64,000 nt of DNA from Acidobacteriota bacterium (lineage in GTDB: Bacteria > Acidobacteriota > UBA890 > WLXD01), in NCBI GenBank assembly GCA_965248845.1, contig CBDFKO010000002.1, positions 2,012,564 through 2,076,563 on the forward strand. The letters run 5' to 3'. Below the pieces are notes generated by a model that was given only the letters and a program-made list of their open reading frames with translations, was not told the DNA's origin and searched no databases. Both the position numbers and the translations under genes were made by a program. Positions 1 through 9,542 of this stretch are shown here, one piece after another (position 1 is the first letter of the stretch; every line of letters begins with the position of its first letter).

Positions 1-299
1 CGCTTGAAGTAGGCGAGCGCCACGCCGGCCGCTCCGGAGGCTGAACCCCGGAGTTGCACGCCGCCCACGAGGCTCAGCTGAAAGCCACCGACCGAGTCGG
101 CCGTCGGCCGCTGGTCGACGCGCGTAGTCTGGACATCCTGTCGTAGTCCTGCCGGGGGTAGGAAGATGCCGGTGGTACCCGTTGCGGTTCCCCTGTCCTC
201 GTGCGGCTCGTCTGCCAAGGCCATGGCCGGCGTTGCTGCGATCAGCCCGGTAGCGAGCGTTGCGAGAAGAAGTCCCGTACCGACGCTACGGCTCAATAC
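1..299 (-). CDS. Partial CDS (N-terminal ~100 aa) of a secreted, possibly outer-membrane, protein; gene runs off the window start
   Basis: Minus-strand reading frame open from ~299 to position 1 with no stop. N-terminus reads (M/L)SRSVGTGLLLATLATGLIAATPAMA followed by LADEP, a signal-peptide-like segment with an AMA cleavage site. Alternating Gly/hydrophobic residues follow. Start codon uncertain (TTG near 296 or ATG at 224). Confidence 0.3.
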
Positions 300-1246
300 A
301 ACAGGGCCTCGCCCTCAGGAAAGCTCGCGGTGCGGTTGATGAAGGTGACGATCTCGTCGCCGCGCAATCCGGTCGGTAGGAAGGCTTCGAGCACGACGAG
401 CTGCGAGCGTTGGACGAAATCGCCAGCGAAGCGACTCTCGAGGCTGATGGTGACACGGGCGCCGGACAGGTCGATTGGGAACGCCAGTCCCTCGGGCGCG
501 TTGAGCAGCAGGTCCTCGCCGGGGCGCTCTGGAGCCGCCACCAGATCGGAGCTGAACTGGTTGGCGTCGTCGGCCTGGTCGCCGGCCTCGAACCGACCGA
601 CGGGCAGCGACTGACCGCCGATGTCGATGAACGTCTCGTAGTGCAGCGCGGCCGTCGTGTCGGGCAACTGGAGCGTCGAGTCACCGTTCAGGCCCTGCAT
701 CCAAACGCCGGCGGTCTCGTTGGTATTGGGGCCGTCCGTGGGGGTGTGCACTCGGAGCGTGCCGGCGGCGCTCTGGATTGCTGACGAGATCGGAATACGC
801 AGCTGCGCCACGGCGTCGATGAACGTCCCGCTGAGGATTTGGAACCCAGCCGGGGACTCCCCGACGGAGCCCGGCACCTCGATCGTCACCAGGAGGCTCA
901 AAGTATTGCGCAGAGGGTACTCGTTGGTGGTGAACTGCGTGACGGGGTTTCCGTTCTCGTCGACGATCTGACCGCTGAGATCGACATTGAACGTCCCGAG
1001 CAGGGCCGTCTGGCTGCGATCGCGTACCGAGTAGAGGGCGTAGATCCCCTGAGTCGGCGGATCCAGAGGTTGCAACTGGCTGACCCGGACCCGAATAGCC
1101 TCTACCTCACCGATGGCCCGCGGCAGTGGGTTGATCTCGGTCGGCGTCTGATTGCAGGCAGCTGCCGCCACGCACAGGACAAGAGCGATCAGGAGGCGGG
1201 ATAAACCGCCGTGGACGCGGGCCACAGCGAGGACGGCGCCTTGCAT
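293..1246 (-). CDS. Hypothetical secreted lipoprotein (ORF extends to 1288; likely start at internal Met 1246)
   Basis: Long GC3-rich ORF. N-terminus MQGAVLAVARVHGGLSRLLIALVLCVAAAACNQ has an n-region, hydrophobic core and a Cys consistent with a lipobox-like signal. No recognisable catalytic motif. Confidence 0.5.
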   Translation of the reverse strand: MQGAVLAVARVHGGLSRLLIALVLCVAAAACNQTPTEINPLPRAIGEVEAIRVRVSQLQPLDPPTQGIYALYSVRDRSQTALLGTFNVDLSGQIVDENGNPVTQFTTNEYPLRNTLSLLVTIEVPGSVGESPAGFQILSGTFIDAVAQLRIPISSAIQSAAGTLRVHTPTDGPNTNETAGVWMQGLNGDSTLQLPDTTAALHYETFIDIGGQSLPVGRFEAGDQADDANQFSSDLVAAPERPGEDLLLNAPEGLAFPIDLSGARVTISLESRFAGDFVQRSQLVVLEAFLPTGLRGDEIVTFINRTASFPEGEALLY

Positions 1247-1294
1247 CTGCACCTTTGGAGACGAAACCAGACCCATCACATCCACCACGGCTTG

Positions 1295-1678
1295 CTAGTG
1301 GCTACCTTCTCCGCGAGGAGTCTCGAGAACCTCGAGCATGAGCAAGTACAAGGCCTCGCGATCGCTTCTGCCTTCTTTGACGCCGCTGTCCAGGGCCTGG
1401 ACGACTCGCGAGTCGTCGACCCCTGCGTCGCGCAGCCAGGCGCGCGCGTCTTCCCAGATAGGTAACCAGGCAAAGCCGCCGTGCAACGACTCCTCGCCGC
1501 CGCCGGCGCTCTCCATGGCGTTGGCGCTGTTGATCATGTGCACGCCGGACTGGAACGGGGAGCTCGCCCGTATGATGCCGTCGATATCGAACACATAGTG
1601 ACCGGGCTGGGGATTCCAAATGAGGCCCGCGCCACGCAGCTTCGCGGCAAACTGGATTTCGGACTCTGTGAAGCGCAT
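1295..1678 (-). CDS. Hypothetical protein (127 aa)
   Basis: Clean ORF with strong GC3 bias, same strand and ~7 nt upstream of the lipoprotein gene. No family recognised by eye. Confidence 0.45.
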   Translation of the reverse strand: MRFTESEIQFAAKLRGAGLIWNPQPGHYVFDIDGIIRASSPFQSGVHMINSANAMESAGGGEESLHGGFAWLPIWEDARAWLRDAGVDDSRVVQALDSGVKEGRSDREALYLLMLEVLETPRGEGSH

Positions 1679-1744
1679 GAATCGGCGATTGTAGCAGCAT
1701 CGGGCCCGAGCGGGCCGCAGCGAGACTCTAGTTGGTCTGGCAAG

Positions 1745-2806
1745 TCATGCCACGTCGTCCTCGGGCCGTTCGTCGTGACTCGCCAGGCGGGCCCGATAGG
1801 CCGGCGACGCGTAGACCTCCGGGTTCAGGCAGCAAGGAGCCGGCTCCCCTCGGAGCATGGCGATGGCGTTGTCGGCCGCCATGACGGCCATCCGGCCGCG
1901 AGTGGCGTGGCTGGCGCTCCCCAGATGGGGCATCAGGATGACGTTGTCCAGGCGATCGAGCCCGTCGGCCATGGCGGGCTCGTGCTCATAGACGTCGAGT
2001 CCCGCACCGCCGAGCCGGCCGTCGCGTAGTGCCTCGACCAGCGCGCTCTCATCGACTACGGCTCCGCGCGACGTGTTCACGAGAATCGCCATGGGCTTCA
2101 TCCTGTTCAGCTGTGGTGCTCCGATGAGATGGTGTGTCCCGGCGGTCAGGGGAACGTGGAGCGACACGAAGTCGGCATTCGCGAGTAGCTCGTCGAGCTC
2201 CGCCCAGGAGGCGTCGGGGTGGTCTTGTACGCGCTGGCGGTGTGACGGATCGTGCACCAGGATCCGCATGTCGAAGCCCGCCGCGCGCCTGGCGACGGCG
2301 CGGCCGATGCGGCCGAATCCGACGATTCCGAGCGTCTTGCGCCGGCCGTCGCCGCCCGGGGAGACATCCACTCCCAGGAGCAGCTGTGGTCCCCAGAGCC
2401 GGAATCGGCCCGATCGCATGTAGGCGTCGCCGGGAACCACGAGCCGCGCCGCTGCCAGCAGCAGAGCCCAGGTCATGTCGGCAGTGGATTCGGTGAGGAC
2501 ATCCGGCGTGTTGCCCACCGGTATGCCCTTCGAGGTGGCAGCCTCCATGGCGATGTTGTCGTAGCCGACGGCGCAGTTGGAGACGCCGAGAAGGCGAGGG
2601 TTGGCGGCGAGCACCGAACGATCGATCGTCTCGGTCAGCAGCGACAGGATCACAACGGCGTTCCGGGCGCCTTCCACCAGCTCGGCATGAGTCGGTCCGG
2701 CCTCGTCGGGTCCCGGCCATACCGTCACATCGGCGCCGGCCTCGGAGAGGCGCTGCAATCCCGCGTCGGGGATTCGCCGGGTCACGAAGATGCGGCTGCC
2801 TCTCAT
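1745..2806 (-). CDS. D-isomer-specific 2-hydroxyacid dehydrogenase (glyoxylate/hydroxypyruvate reductase, phosphoglycerate-dehydrogenase-like)
   Basis: NAD-binding motif GIVGFGRIGRAVARRAAGF, catalytic-domain signature LVNTSRGAVVDESALVEAL and His in MPHLGSAS. Length 353 aa, typical of the family. Confidence 0.85.
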   Translation of the reverse strand: MRGSRIFVTRRIPDAGLQRLSEAGADVTVWPGPDEAGPTHAELVEGARNAVVILSLLTETIDRSVLAANPRLLGVSNCAVGYDNIAMEAATSKGIPVGNTPDVLTESTADMTWALLLAAARLVVPGDAYMRSGRFRLWGPQLLLGVDVSPGGDGRRKTLGIVGFGRIGRAVARRAAGFDMRILVHDPSHRQRVQDHPDASWAELDELLANADFVSLHVPLTAGTHHLIGAPQLNRMKPMAILVNTSRGAVVDESALVEALRDGRLGGAGLDVYEHEPAMADGLDRLDNVILMPHLGSASHATRGRMAVMAADNAIAMLRGEPAPCCLNPEVYASPAYRARLASHDERPEDDVA

Positions 2807-2812
2807 CTCGGG

Positions 2813-3238
2813 TCAGCCGTCGACGCGGACCCCGACGCCGTGTTGAAAGACAGCCGTGCCTCCGTACCAGGCGGTGACGACCAGGAGGCTCGCCCCCACG
2901 GCGGTCAGCAGCCAGTAAACCGCGGCGTGCCGGCGTGGTGCCAGCCCCCCAGACGCGAGGCGCCATGCCGCTAGGGGCATGAAGCACGCCACAACGGCGA
3001 TCCCCAGATTGCGATGCCGCAGCACGATTGTTTCGGCCACGCCGGTTGGCGCCGCCGCCTTTGCGGCAGCATAGCCGGACAGGACCGCGAAGCCAGCTGC
3101 CAGTGTGCCCAACAGCAGGGTCCAATACGCGACGATCCGCAGGTCGTTTTCCTCGGCCAGGAATCCGAGGGCGTCGCAGGCGACCGAGGTCAGCAGAAGC
3201 GCCACGGCGAAGTCGACAACCATCGTGTGAGGGATCAT
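2813..3238 (-). CDS. Small integral membrane protein (DUF2231-like, 4 TM)
   Basis: 141-aa ORF with four hydrophobic helices. Tightly spaced (6 nt) downstream of the ACT-domain gene on the same strand. Confidence 0.5.
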   Translation of the reverse strand: MIPHTMVVDFAVALLLTSVACDALGFLAEENDLRIVAYWTLLLGTLAAGFAVLSGYAAAKAAAPTGVAETIVLRHRNLGIAVVACFMPLAAWRLASGGLAPRRHAAVYWLLTAVGASLLVVTAWYGGTAVFQHGVGVRVDG

Positions 3239-3254
3239 CTACCCGCCGAGCCGC

Positions 3255-3650
3255 CTACGCGAGCCCGAGCGTCGCCTCGGCCTCGCGCGGGTCGGAAACC
3301 TTGAAGACGCACAGCGCTCGGGCGTTGCCCGTCACCGCTGTAGCGTAGGCATACTCGACGTTGATCCCGGCCTCGGCCAGCCGCACGGCGACCTTGCCCA
3401 GAGCGCCGGGCTCGTCGGAAACCTCGATTCCCAGAACGTCCACCGTGGAGAACGGAAGGCTGGCCTCGCGCAGGACGGTCTCGGCAGCATCGACGTCGCT
3501 CACCAGCATGCGCACGACGCCGTAGTCGCTACCCTCGGAGGTCGCCATGGCGCGCAGGTCGATGCCATTCTGCTCGAGGGTGTTGCACAGCGTCGCCAGC
3601 CGCCCTGGGACATTTTCGAGAAACACGCTGATCTGTCGGAGAACTGACAT
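3255..3650 (-). CDS. ACT-domain protein (tandem ACT-like regulatory domains)
   Basis: Start set at MSVLRQISVFLENVPGRLA, the classic first strand of an ACT fold. AGGAG lies 5 nt upstream of this ATG. A second ACT-like repeat reads LGIEVSDEPGALGKVAVRLAEAGINV. The ORF-track start at 3728 is probably an over-extension. Confidence 0.7.
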   Translation of the reverse strand: MSVLRQISVFLENVPGRLATLCNTLEQNGIDLRAMATSEGSDYGVVRMLVSDVDAAETVLREASLPFSTVDVLGIEVSDEPGALGKVAVRLAEAGINVEYAYATAVTGNARALCVFKVSDPREAEATLGLA

Positions 3651-3669
3651 CTTGGCTCCTGGCACATGC

Positions 3670-4344
3670 TCAATCTTCTGGTTTCGATCGGTACTGTAGC
3701 TCGACGTAGACGCCGGCCGCCGCAGCACGATCGAGGTGGCAGACGCTCCCGTCGACTTGCACGCTGACCCCGTCGTTCGAGGCGGCGGAGGCCACTAACT
3801 CCACGGCCACCCCGGGCTTGATCCCCACCTCGCGGAAATAGCGCAGCAGGTCGGAGTTGCTGTCGCGCACGCGCCGAACCGTTGCCCGGTCGCCCGGTTC
3901 CAGCTCCACCAAAGAGGGGTAGGCCAACTCGTCCATTGTGCCATCGCTGGCAGGAATCGGTGCGCCGTGGGGATCGGTGCGCGGTCGCTCGAGGAATCGG
4001 TCGAGGGCCTCGACGAATCGCGGGCTGACAGCGTGCTCGAGACGCTCCGCCTCCTCGTGGACCTCCTCCCACGGATAGTCGAGAATCTGGGTGAGAAAGC
4101 GCTCGATCAGGCGATGGCGGCGCACAATGCCACGTGCCATCAGCTCGCCCGCGTGCGTCAACGTGGCGCCGCGGTAGGGCTCGTAGTCGATGAGAGCGAG
4201 CTTGGCCAAGCGTCGCATCATGTTGCTGACGGAAGCCGGGCGTACCATCAGCCGATCGGCCAGCGCGGACGTCTGAACTGCCGCGCCGTCACGGCTCAGC
4301 TGGAAGATTGCCTTGATGTAGTCCTCGATCGACTCGCTTGCCAT
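3670..4344 (-). CDS. DtxR/IdeR-family metal-dependent transcriptional repressor with C-terminal SH3-like (FeoA) domain
   Basis: N-terminal wHTH reads EDYIKAIFQL...SVSNMMRRLAKLALIDYEPYRGATLT. DtxR dimerisation/metal-binding region has RRHRLIERFL and EEVHEEAERLEHA. C-terminal FeoA-like tail ends LEPGDRATVRRV. Confidence 0.85.
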   Translation of the reverse strand: MASESIEDYIKAIFQLSRDGAAVQTSALADRLMVRPASVSNMMRRLAKLALIDYEPYRGATLTHAGELMARGIVRRHRLIERFLTQILDYPWEEVHEEAERLEHAVSPRFVEALDRFLERPRTDPHGAPIPASDGTMDELAYPSLVELEPGDRATVRRVRDSNSDLLRYFREVGIKPGVAVELVASAASNDGVSVQVDGSVCHLDRAAAAGVYVELQYRSKPED

Positions 4345-4423
4345 CTACTCTGTGCCGGGTTGGCACGAGGCCGCGGCCCCGATCGTCGTCGACGAGCCTG
4401 AGCCTACAACCGTGGGTGCCGGG

Positions 4424-5932
4424 CTACGGGCGCTGGGTGCCATCAAACAGCATGCCCTGGTCGGGCGCGTCCCCAAAGGCGCCGTCCTCCATATCGTCGC
4501 CGATGGCCTTGACCGTGACCGTGTTGGTGGAGCCCGGCCCGCCGACCGGGAATCCCGCCGTGATGACCACCAGATCACCCTGCTTCAGGAAACCGGCCTC
4601 GAGAGCCACACGCTCGGCCTCCTTCAGCATGGCCTCGTGCGTGGGAACCTCGCTGCCGAGCAGCGGAATGACCCCCCAGCTGAGGGTCAGTCGGCCCACC
4701 GTCACCGGATGCGTGCTGATGGCGAGGATAGGCTGAGGCGGCCGAAATTCGGCCACCTTGACGGCCGTGCTCCCGGTTCGGGTCGGGATCAGGAGCGCGG
4801 TGGCCTTCAGGTGGCGTGCTACCAGTGCTGCGGCTGCGGTCACGACATCGGGCACCGAGCCGCGCCGATCCTCGGAAAGCACACGGGCCTGTGTGGACTT
4901 GGCGATGTCGCGCTCGGTTGCGACACAGATGCGCCGCATGATCTTCACCACCTCGACAGGGTGTGCTCCGATCGCGGTTTCCTCCGACAGCATGACCGCG
5001 TCGGCACCGTCGTACAGGGCGTTGGCGACGTCGGTGATCTCGGCACGGGTCGGTCGCTTGGCGCTCACCATCGAGCTCAGCATCTGGGTGGCCGTGACCA
5101 CCGGCTTGCCGGCGTCGTTGGCGGCCCGGATGATGCGCTTCTGCACCGGCGGCACCTCCTCGAGCGGAATCTCGACGGCGAGGTCTCCGCGCGCTACCAG
5201 CAGGCCGTCGACCTCGGCAAGAATCTCCGCGAGGCTGCCCAGAGCTTCGTGCTTTTCGATCTTGGCGACCAGCGGGACGGCGCCACCGGTCTCGAGCATG
5301 GTGTCACGCGCGAGGCGCACGTCATCCACCGTGCGCACGAACGACAGCGCGATGAAGTCGACGCCGGTCTCGACACCGATCCGGATGGCATTCCGGTCGG
5401 CCTCGGAGATGCTCGGAATCGACAGGGTGCGCGTCGGGAAGTTCATTCCCTTGTGGCTCGACAGCGGACCGCCGACCAGGACGCGCGTGTGGACGGTGTC
5501 TTGGTCGGTGCTCTGCACCTCGAGCTCGATCACGCCGTCGGCCACGAAGATGCGGTCGCCGACCTGGAGCTCCGCTGGCAGGCGCGGGTGGGACACGCTG
5601 ACGTGGGTGGCGTCGCCGGGCACCTCCGAGGTCACCAGCCGGAAGGTCGACCCCGGCTCTAGCTCCACCACGCCTCCGGGGATCTCGCCGACCCGTAACT
5701 TGGGGCCGGGGATGTCGAGCATGATTCCGATCGGATGGCCGTGCTCCTGGCTGATCTCGCGTAGCAGCCGGACGCGCTCGCGATGCCATGGCTCGGAGCC
5801 GTGCGAGAAGTTCAGCCGTGCCACGTCCATCCCGGCGTCGACGAGGGCGGTGAGCTGGGCCTTGCTCTCGGATGCGGGCCCGATCGTGCAGACGATCTTG
5901 GTGCGGCTCGATCGATGGGCGCTGCGGGGCAT
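4424..5932 (-). CDS. pyk: Pyruvate kinase
   Basis: Start at MPRSAHRSSRTKIVCTIGPAS (ATG 5932..5930), a TAATG 1-nt overlap with the stop of the upstream ORF. Conserved NFSHG, MVARGDLAVEIP and C-terminal regulatory domain present. The ORF-track N-terminal extension to 6202 was rejected. Confidence 0.9.
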   Translation of the reverse strand: MPRSAHRSSRTKIVCTIGPASESKAQLTALVDAGMDVARLNFSHGSEPWHRERVRLLREISQEHGHPIGIMLDIPGPKLRVGEIPGGVVELEPGSTFRLVTSEVPGDATHVSVSHPRLPAELQVGDRIFVADGVIELEVQSTDQDTVHTRVLVGGPLSSHKGMNFPTRTLSIPSISEADRNAIRIGVETGVDFIALSFVRTVDDVRLARDTMLETGGAVPLVAKIEKHEALGSLAEILAEVDGLLVARGDLAVEIPLEEVPPVQKRIIRAANDAGKPVVTATQMLSSMVSAKRPTRAEITDVANALYDGADAVMLSEETAIGAHPVEVVKIMRRICVATERDIAKSTQARVLSEDRRGSVPDVVTAAAALVARHLKATALLIPTRTGSTAVKVAEFRPPQPILAISTHPVTVGRLTLSWGVIPLLGSEVPTHEAMLKEAERVALEAGFLKQGDLVVITAGFPVGGPGSTNTVTVKAIGDDMEDGAFGDAPDQGMLFDGTQRP

Positions 5933-6312
5933 TAGGGAAACTCGAACGGCTCGACTGCGTCGACGAGCTGGACCCTGAGTCGGCGTGGGTAGTCGTGCGG
6001 GATCGGCAACCAGACGGAGACCATGTCGGGACGCCCCTCCTGGACCGAGGTGATGCGAGCCTCCCCGGAGAAGAAACGAGCGCCCTCGCTGTGGGTCCGG
6101 ATGGTCTCGAAGGCGGTCTCGCCCAGGCTCTCCCGCCACAGCCGTTCCACGTCGCGCATGATCGCCTTGAGCGACAGGACGGTCTCGGGGAGAACCCGGC
6201 AAGGGCAGTAGGTGATGTCGTGCCCGGCGACGCGCTCGTGCCGGGTGAGCGTACGGATTGTGTCGTAGGTTTTCGGGCTGACCGGCTCGAGCATCGCGGC
6301 TGTCGGTTCCAT
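5932..6312 (-). CDS. Conserved hypothetical protein (126 aa), translationally coupled to pyruvate kinase
   Basis: GC3-rich ORF whose TAA stop overlaps the pyk ATG (TAATG). Contains Cys/His residues (YCPCRVLPE) but no family recognised. Confidence 0.5.
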   Translation of the reverse strand: MEPTAAMLEPVSPKTYDTIRTLTRHERVAGHDITYCPCRVLPETVLSLKAIMRDVERLWRESLGETAFETIRTHSEGARFFSGEARITSVQEGRPDMVSVWLPIPHDYPRRLRVQLVDAVEPFEFP

Positions 6313-6432
6313 GTCAGGGGGTGGCGATTCGCCATGACCCCGGGGCAGCGTCGCGGATAGGATGGACGAGGCCCCCGATTACGGCAAACGACTCGCTACC
6401 CTCGCCCGCTCTATCCGACTTCTGGAGGTCCG

Positions 6433-8847
6433 ATGTCTCGGAGTACGTCTCGACCGGCACCCGCGCTCGCCGCGTCCCTCGTCGCGATGCTCGCCTGGTC
6501 GACTGCCGGCGCCGGAGCGCAGGAGGAGATCCCAAGGCCTTTGCGATTGGACGACTACTACGATCAGGTTCGGATTGGCCGGATCGAGCTGGCGCCGGAC
6601 GACGCTGCGCTGCTCTACGAGCGTCGTCACATCGACCGCTCCGATGACGCCTGGGTCGACGCAATCTACCAGTACGACTCGGCCGCCGACGAGCGCTATC
6701 TGCTGGTCGCCGATGCCCGCGTGCCACGCTATTCGCCCGATAGCGCCTTTTTGGGGTTTCTACGCGACTCGCAAGTCTGGGTTCTCCCGTCGCACGGGGG
6801 TGAGCCCTGGCAAGTGACCGACACGCCGGAGCCGGTATCGGAGTTCGCCTGGGCGCCCGATTCGACACGGATCGTAATTGTGACGCGGGATCCACGCGCT
6901 CCGGCACCGCCGATCGTGCCGCTCCGCCCCCAGCCCGAAGAGGAGCCCGTGCCGGCCGGACCCCCGCTGGTGGGTCCGGGTGAGCTCGACGCGGGCGATT
7001 GGGAGCCGGCAGAGGGGGCGCCCGAGGACCCGCAGCCGGAGCTCGATCTGCAAAACTCCCAGGGTCCGATCGCGGTCGACGAGGTCTGGCTGCAACCGGG
7101 CGCGGCGCCGCCGCCGCCGGACCGGCTGCTGCCACGCATTATCACGCGGCTCCAATTCAAGGCCGACGGAGAGGGGTATGTCGGCACGCGGCGCAGCCAT
7201 CTGTACGTGGTCACCGTCGAGAGTACGGGTCGAGCTCGGTCGGGGGCGCGTCGGGTGACCTCGGGCCCATGGGACGACTCGGCGCCCGCCTGGTCGCCGG
7301 ACGGTCGCTGGATCGCTTTCACCTCGAACCGCACGGCCGAGCCCGATGTCAACGACAACCGTGACCTGTGGGTGGTCAGTCCCACCGGGGGAGCGGCGAT
7401 TCGCCTCACCGCCGCCCCGGGACCTGAGTCGGCCGCCGCCTGGTCCCCCGACAGCCGCCACATTGCCTACCTGTCGACGCCGGCCGAGCCGCCGGTGTAC
7501 GCGCAGCCGGGAGCCTGGCTTCTCTCGCTCGCGCCCGACGATCCGGAGGCTCCGTCGCCGGTGATGCTGGCCGGGGATCCAGTTGAGCTCACGGGCGCGT
7601 TGGACCGGCCCCTGGTAAGCCCGCCGCGCTGGAACGCCGATGGCACTGGGCTCCTCATGACCGTGCAGGATCGGGGCACCGTTCCTCTCGTTCAGATCAG
7701 CAGCGGGCTGGAGCCCATGGTGCAGCGCGAAAGGCGGCGGCGGCGCGCAACCACCCTACCGCGCGGGGTACCGCGTGTTCTCGTCGCGGGCCCACGCGTC
7801 GTCGGGAGCTTCGCGCTCTTACCCGATGGCTCGCGGGTCGTCGCCGCCATCGGGTGGGGTACCCGGCCGTTCGAGATCTTCTCGGTGGCGGCGCGGCCGC
7901 AGGCGGTTGCCTTCCCGATGCAGGAGCCCAGCGCTCACGTGCAGCCCGCCGCCGTCCGGCCGGACGCTGCGCTCCGCCAGCTCACCGACGAGAATGGCAC
8001 CTGGCGCGGCCGCGTGGTGCTCAGCGAGCCCGAACCGCTGCGCTACACGAGCCCGGACGGGACCCCGATCGAGGGCTGGCTGCTGCGACCGCCCGAGACA
8101 CCGGAGCAGACGCGGCTGCCGCTCGTGGTTCGCCTCCATGGAGGGCCGGTAACCCAATACACCTGGGCTCTGGCCTGGGAGCACCAGTGGCTGGCGGCGC
8201 AGGGCTACGCGGTGCTGTATGTCAATCCGCGTGGCTCCTCCGGCTACGGGCTGGAGTTCGCCAGCGCCCTGTTCGCCGACTGGGGCGGGCCCGACGGAGC
8301 GGACGTGCTCGCCGGCGTCGATCACGTGCTGGATCGAGCCGTGGCCGATCCCAGTCGGATCGGGATCGGCGGCTGGTCGTACGGTGGTCTCCTCACCAAC
8401 CTGCTGATCACCTCTTCGGACCGCTTCGCCGCCGCGGTCTCCGGGGCCTCTGAGGCCGACTACTTCGCCTGCTATGGAACCGACGACCTGCAGCAGTGGT
8501 GGGAGTCGGAGCTCGGGCTGCCCTACGACCCGGAGACGCGACGACGCTACCGCGAGATGTCTCCGATCGAGCGCGTGGATCGCATCGAGACCCCGACATT
8601 GTTTCTCACAGGGGAGCTCGATTGGCGTGTGCCCGCGGCGCAGAGCGAGCACTTCTACACGCAGCTTCGCCGTCGCGCACTCGAGGGGGGACCTCCCACG
8701 CGCCTGATCCTCTACCCGGAACAGAGCCACGGGGACTTCCCGCCGTCGCTGAGCCTCGACGTCCTGCGGCGCTACGGGGCCTGGTACGATCGCTACCTGA
8801 AAGGCGACCCCATGGCCGACCCCTTCTTCGGCAAGGACGCGTGGTAG
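6433..8847 (+). CDS. S9-family serine peptidase (prolyl oligopeptidase / acylaminoacyl-peptidase-like) with N-terminal beta-propeller and signal peptide
   Basis: Signal peptide LAASLVAMLAWSTAGAGA. WD40/PD40-like repeats read WSPDGRWIAFTSNR and WSPDSRHIAYLS. C-terminal alpha/beta-hydrolase has nucleophile elbow GIGGWSYGG with Asp/His region ELDWRVP...QSHGD. A Pro/acidic low-complexity insert lies at ~aa 150-240. Confidence 0.85.
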   Translation: MSRSTSRPAPALAASLVAMLAWSTAGAGAQEEIPRPLRLDDYYDQVRIGRIELAPDDAALLYERRHIDRSDDAWVDAIYQYDSAADERYLLVADARVPRYSPDSAFLGFLRDSQVWVLPSHGGEPWQVTDTPEPVSEFAWAPDSTRIVIVTRDPRAPAPPIVPLRPQPEEEPVPAGPPLVGPGELDAGDWEPAEGAPEDPQPELDLQNSQGPIAVDEVWLQPGAAPPPPDRLLPRIITRLQFKADGEGYVGTRRSHLYVVTVESTGRARSGARRVTSGPWDDSAPAWSPDGRWIAFTSNRTAEPDVNDNRDLWVVSPTGGAAIRLTAAPGPESAAAWSPDSRHIAYLSTPAEPPVYAQPGAWLLSLAPDDPEAPSPVMLAGDPVELTGALDRPLVSPPRWNADGTGLLMTVQDRGTVPLVQISSGLEPMVQRERRRRRATTLPRGVPRVLVAGPRVVGSFALLPDGSRVVAAIGWGTRPFEIFSVAARPQAVAFPMQEPSAHVQPAAVRPDAALRQLTDENGTWRGRVVLSEPEPLRYTSPDGTPIEGWLLRPPETPEQTRLPLVVRLHGGPVTQYTWALAWEHQWLAAQGYAVLYVNPRGSSGYGLEFASALFADWGGPDGADVLAGVDHVLDRAVADPSRIGIGGWSYGGLLTNLLITSSDRFAAAVSGASEADYFACYGTDDLQQWWESELGLPYDPETRRRYREMSPIERVDRIETPTLFLTGELDWRVPAAQSEHFYTQLRRRALEGGPPTRLILYPEQSHGDFPPSLSLDVLRRYGAWYDRYLKGDPMADPFFGKDAW

Positions 8848-9512
8848 TAGCCGTCGGGTGGTTGGCTGCCTACCAGGATTACCGCCAGCCGCAGGGTCGA
8901 GCCGTCGTCGCGGGTCAGCTCGACGACCAGGGCGTACTTGTCGCCATCCACGGCGACAAGCGCCGGGACCGTGTCGGTCGCCACCTCGCGCGCTGGCCAC
9001 AGACCCCAGACGTAGGGGTGAGTATTGAGCTGCAGTGCGGCTGCCAGCGTCGAGTCGAAGCGGCGACTCGCGGCAGTCGTGTTGGATCGCAGCGGGTTGA
9101 CCACCAGGAAATCGCGGAAGTAGGTGACCCCCGAATGGTCCCCGTCGACGGGCTGGCTCAAGTGGCGTAGCGCGAACACGCCGGTCGGAACCATCTGGTC
9201 GCGGTAGTCAAGGTGCGGCTTGACCACCTCGAGGACACCCATCATGGCACCCTGCTCGAGCGTCGCATAGTTGCGCTCTCCGGTCGGTGCCTCGCCGGTG
9301 TCTGCGGGGATCTCCCGTCGAAGCCACAGGCTCAGTACGGGCTCGCCATCCTTGGTCAGGGTGAAGCTACGGGTCTCGAGCCCATCGACGAGACCCTCCG
9401 GGACCTTCCCGGGATGGGGTAGCTCACCGATCTGGAGGGCGTGCTCCTGCCCCCCCAAGGCGACCCCGGGGCCGAGCAGACAGGCGACGAGGAGGGCGGC
9501 AACCAGGCCCAT
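8793..9512 (-). CDS. Hypothetical secreted protein (239 aa)
   Basis: N-terminal signal peptide MGLVAALLVACLLGPGVALG and GC3-rich frame. The 3' end overlaps the convergent S9 peptidase gene by ~55 nt. Confidence 0.45.
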   Translation of the reverse strand: MGLVAALLVACLLGPGVALGGQEHALQIGELPHPGKVPEGLVDGLETRSFTLTKDGEPVLSLWLRREIPADTGEAPTGERNYATLEQGAMMGVLEVVKPHLDYRDQMVPTGVFALRHLSQPVDGDHSGVTYFRDFLVVNPLRSNTTAASRRFDSTLAAALQLNTHPYVWGLWPAREVATDTVPALVAVDGDKYALVVELTRDDGSTLRLAVILVGSQPPDGYYHASLPKKGSAMGSPFR

Positions 9513-9542
9513 CAGAGTTCCACCACGGCCTGTTACAGGCCA

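Noticed and set aside
201-684. Two overlapping ORFs (201..614 plus, 286..684 minus) at the window start
   Set aside because: Both overlap the better-supported minus-strand lipoprotein gene and partial upstream gene in other frames. Low-complexity translations.
2049-3125. 358-aa Arg/Pro-rich ORF on the minus strand spanning the 2-hydroxyacid dehydrogenase and membrane-protein genes in another frame
   Set aside because: Frame-shadow artefact typical of ~70% GC DNA. The overlapping frames contain recognisable conserved proteins, while this translation is low-complexity RRGR-rich.
4352-5662. 436-aa plus-strand ORF antisense to pyruvate kinase
   Set aside because: Antisense to a confidently identified gene. 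Composition Arg/Gly/His-rich with no motifs.
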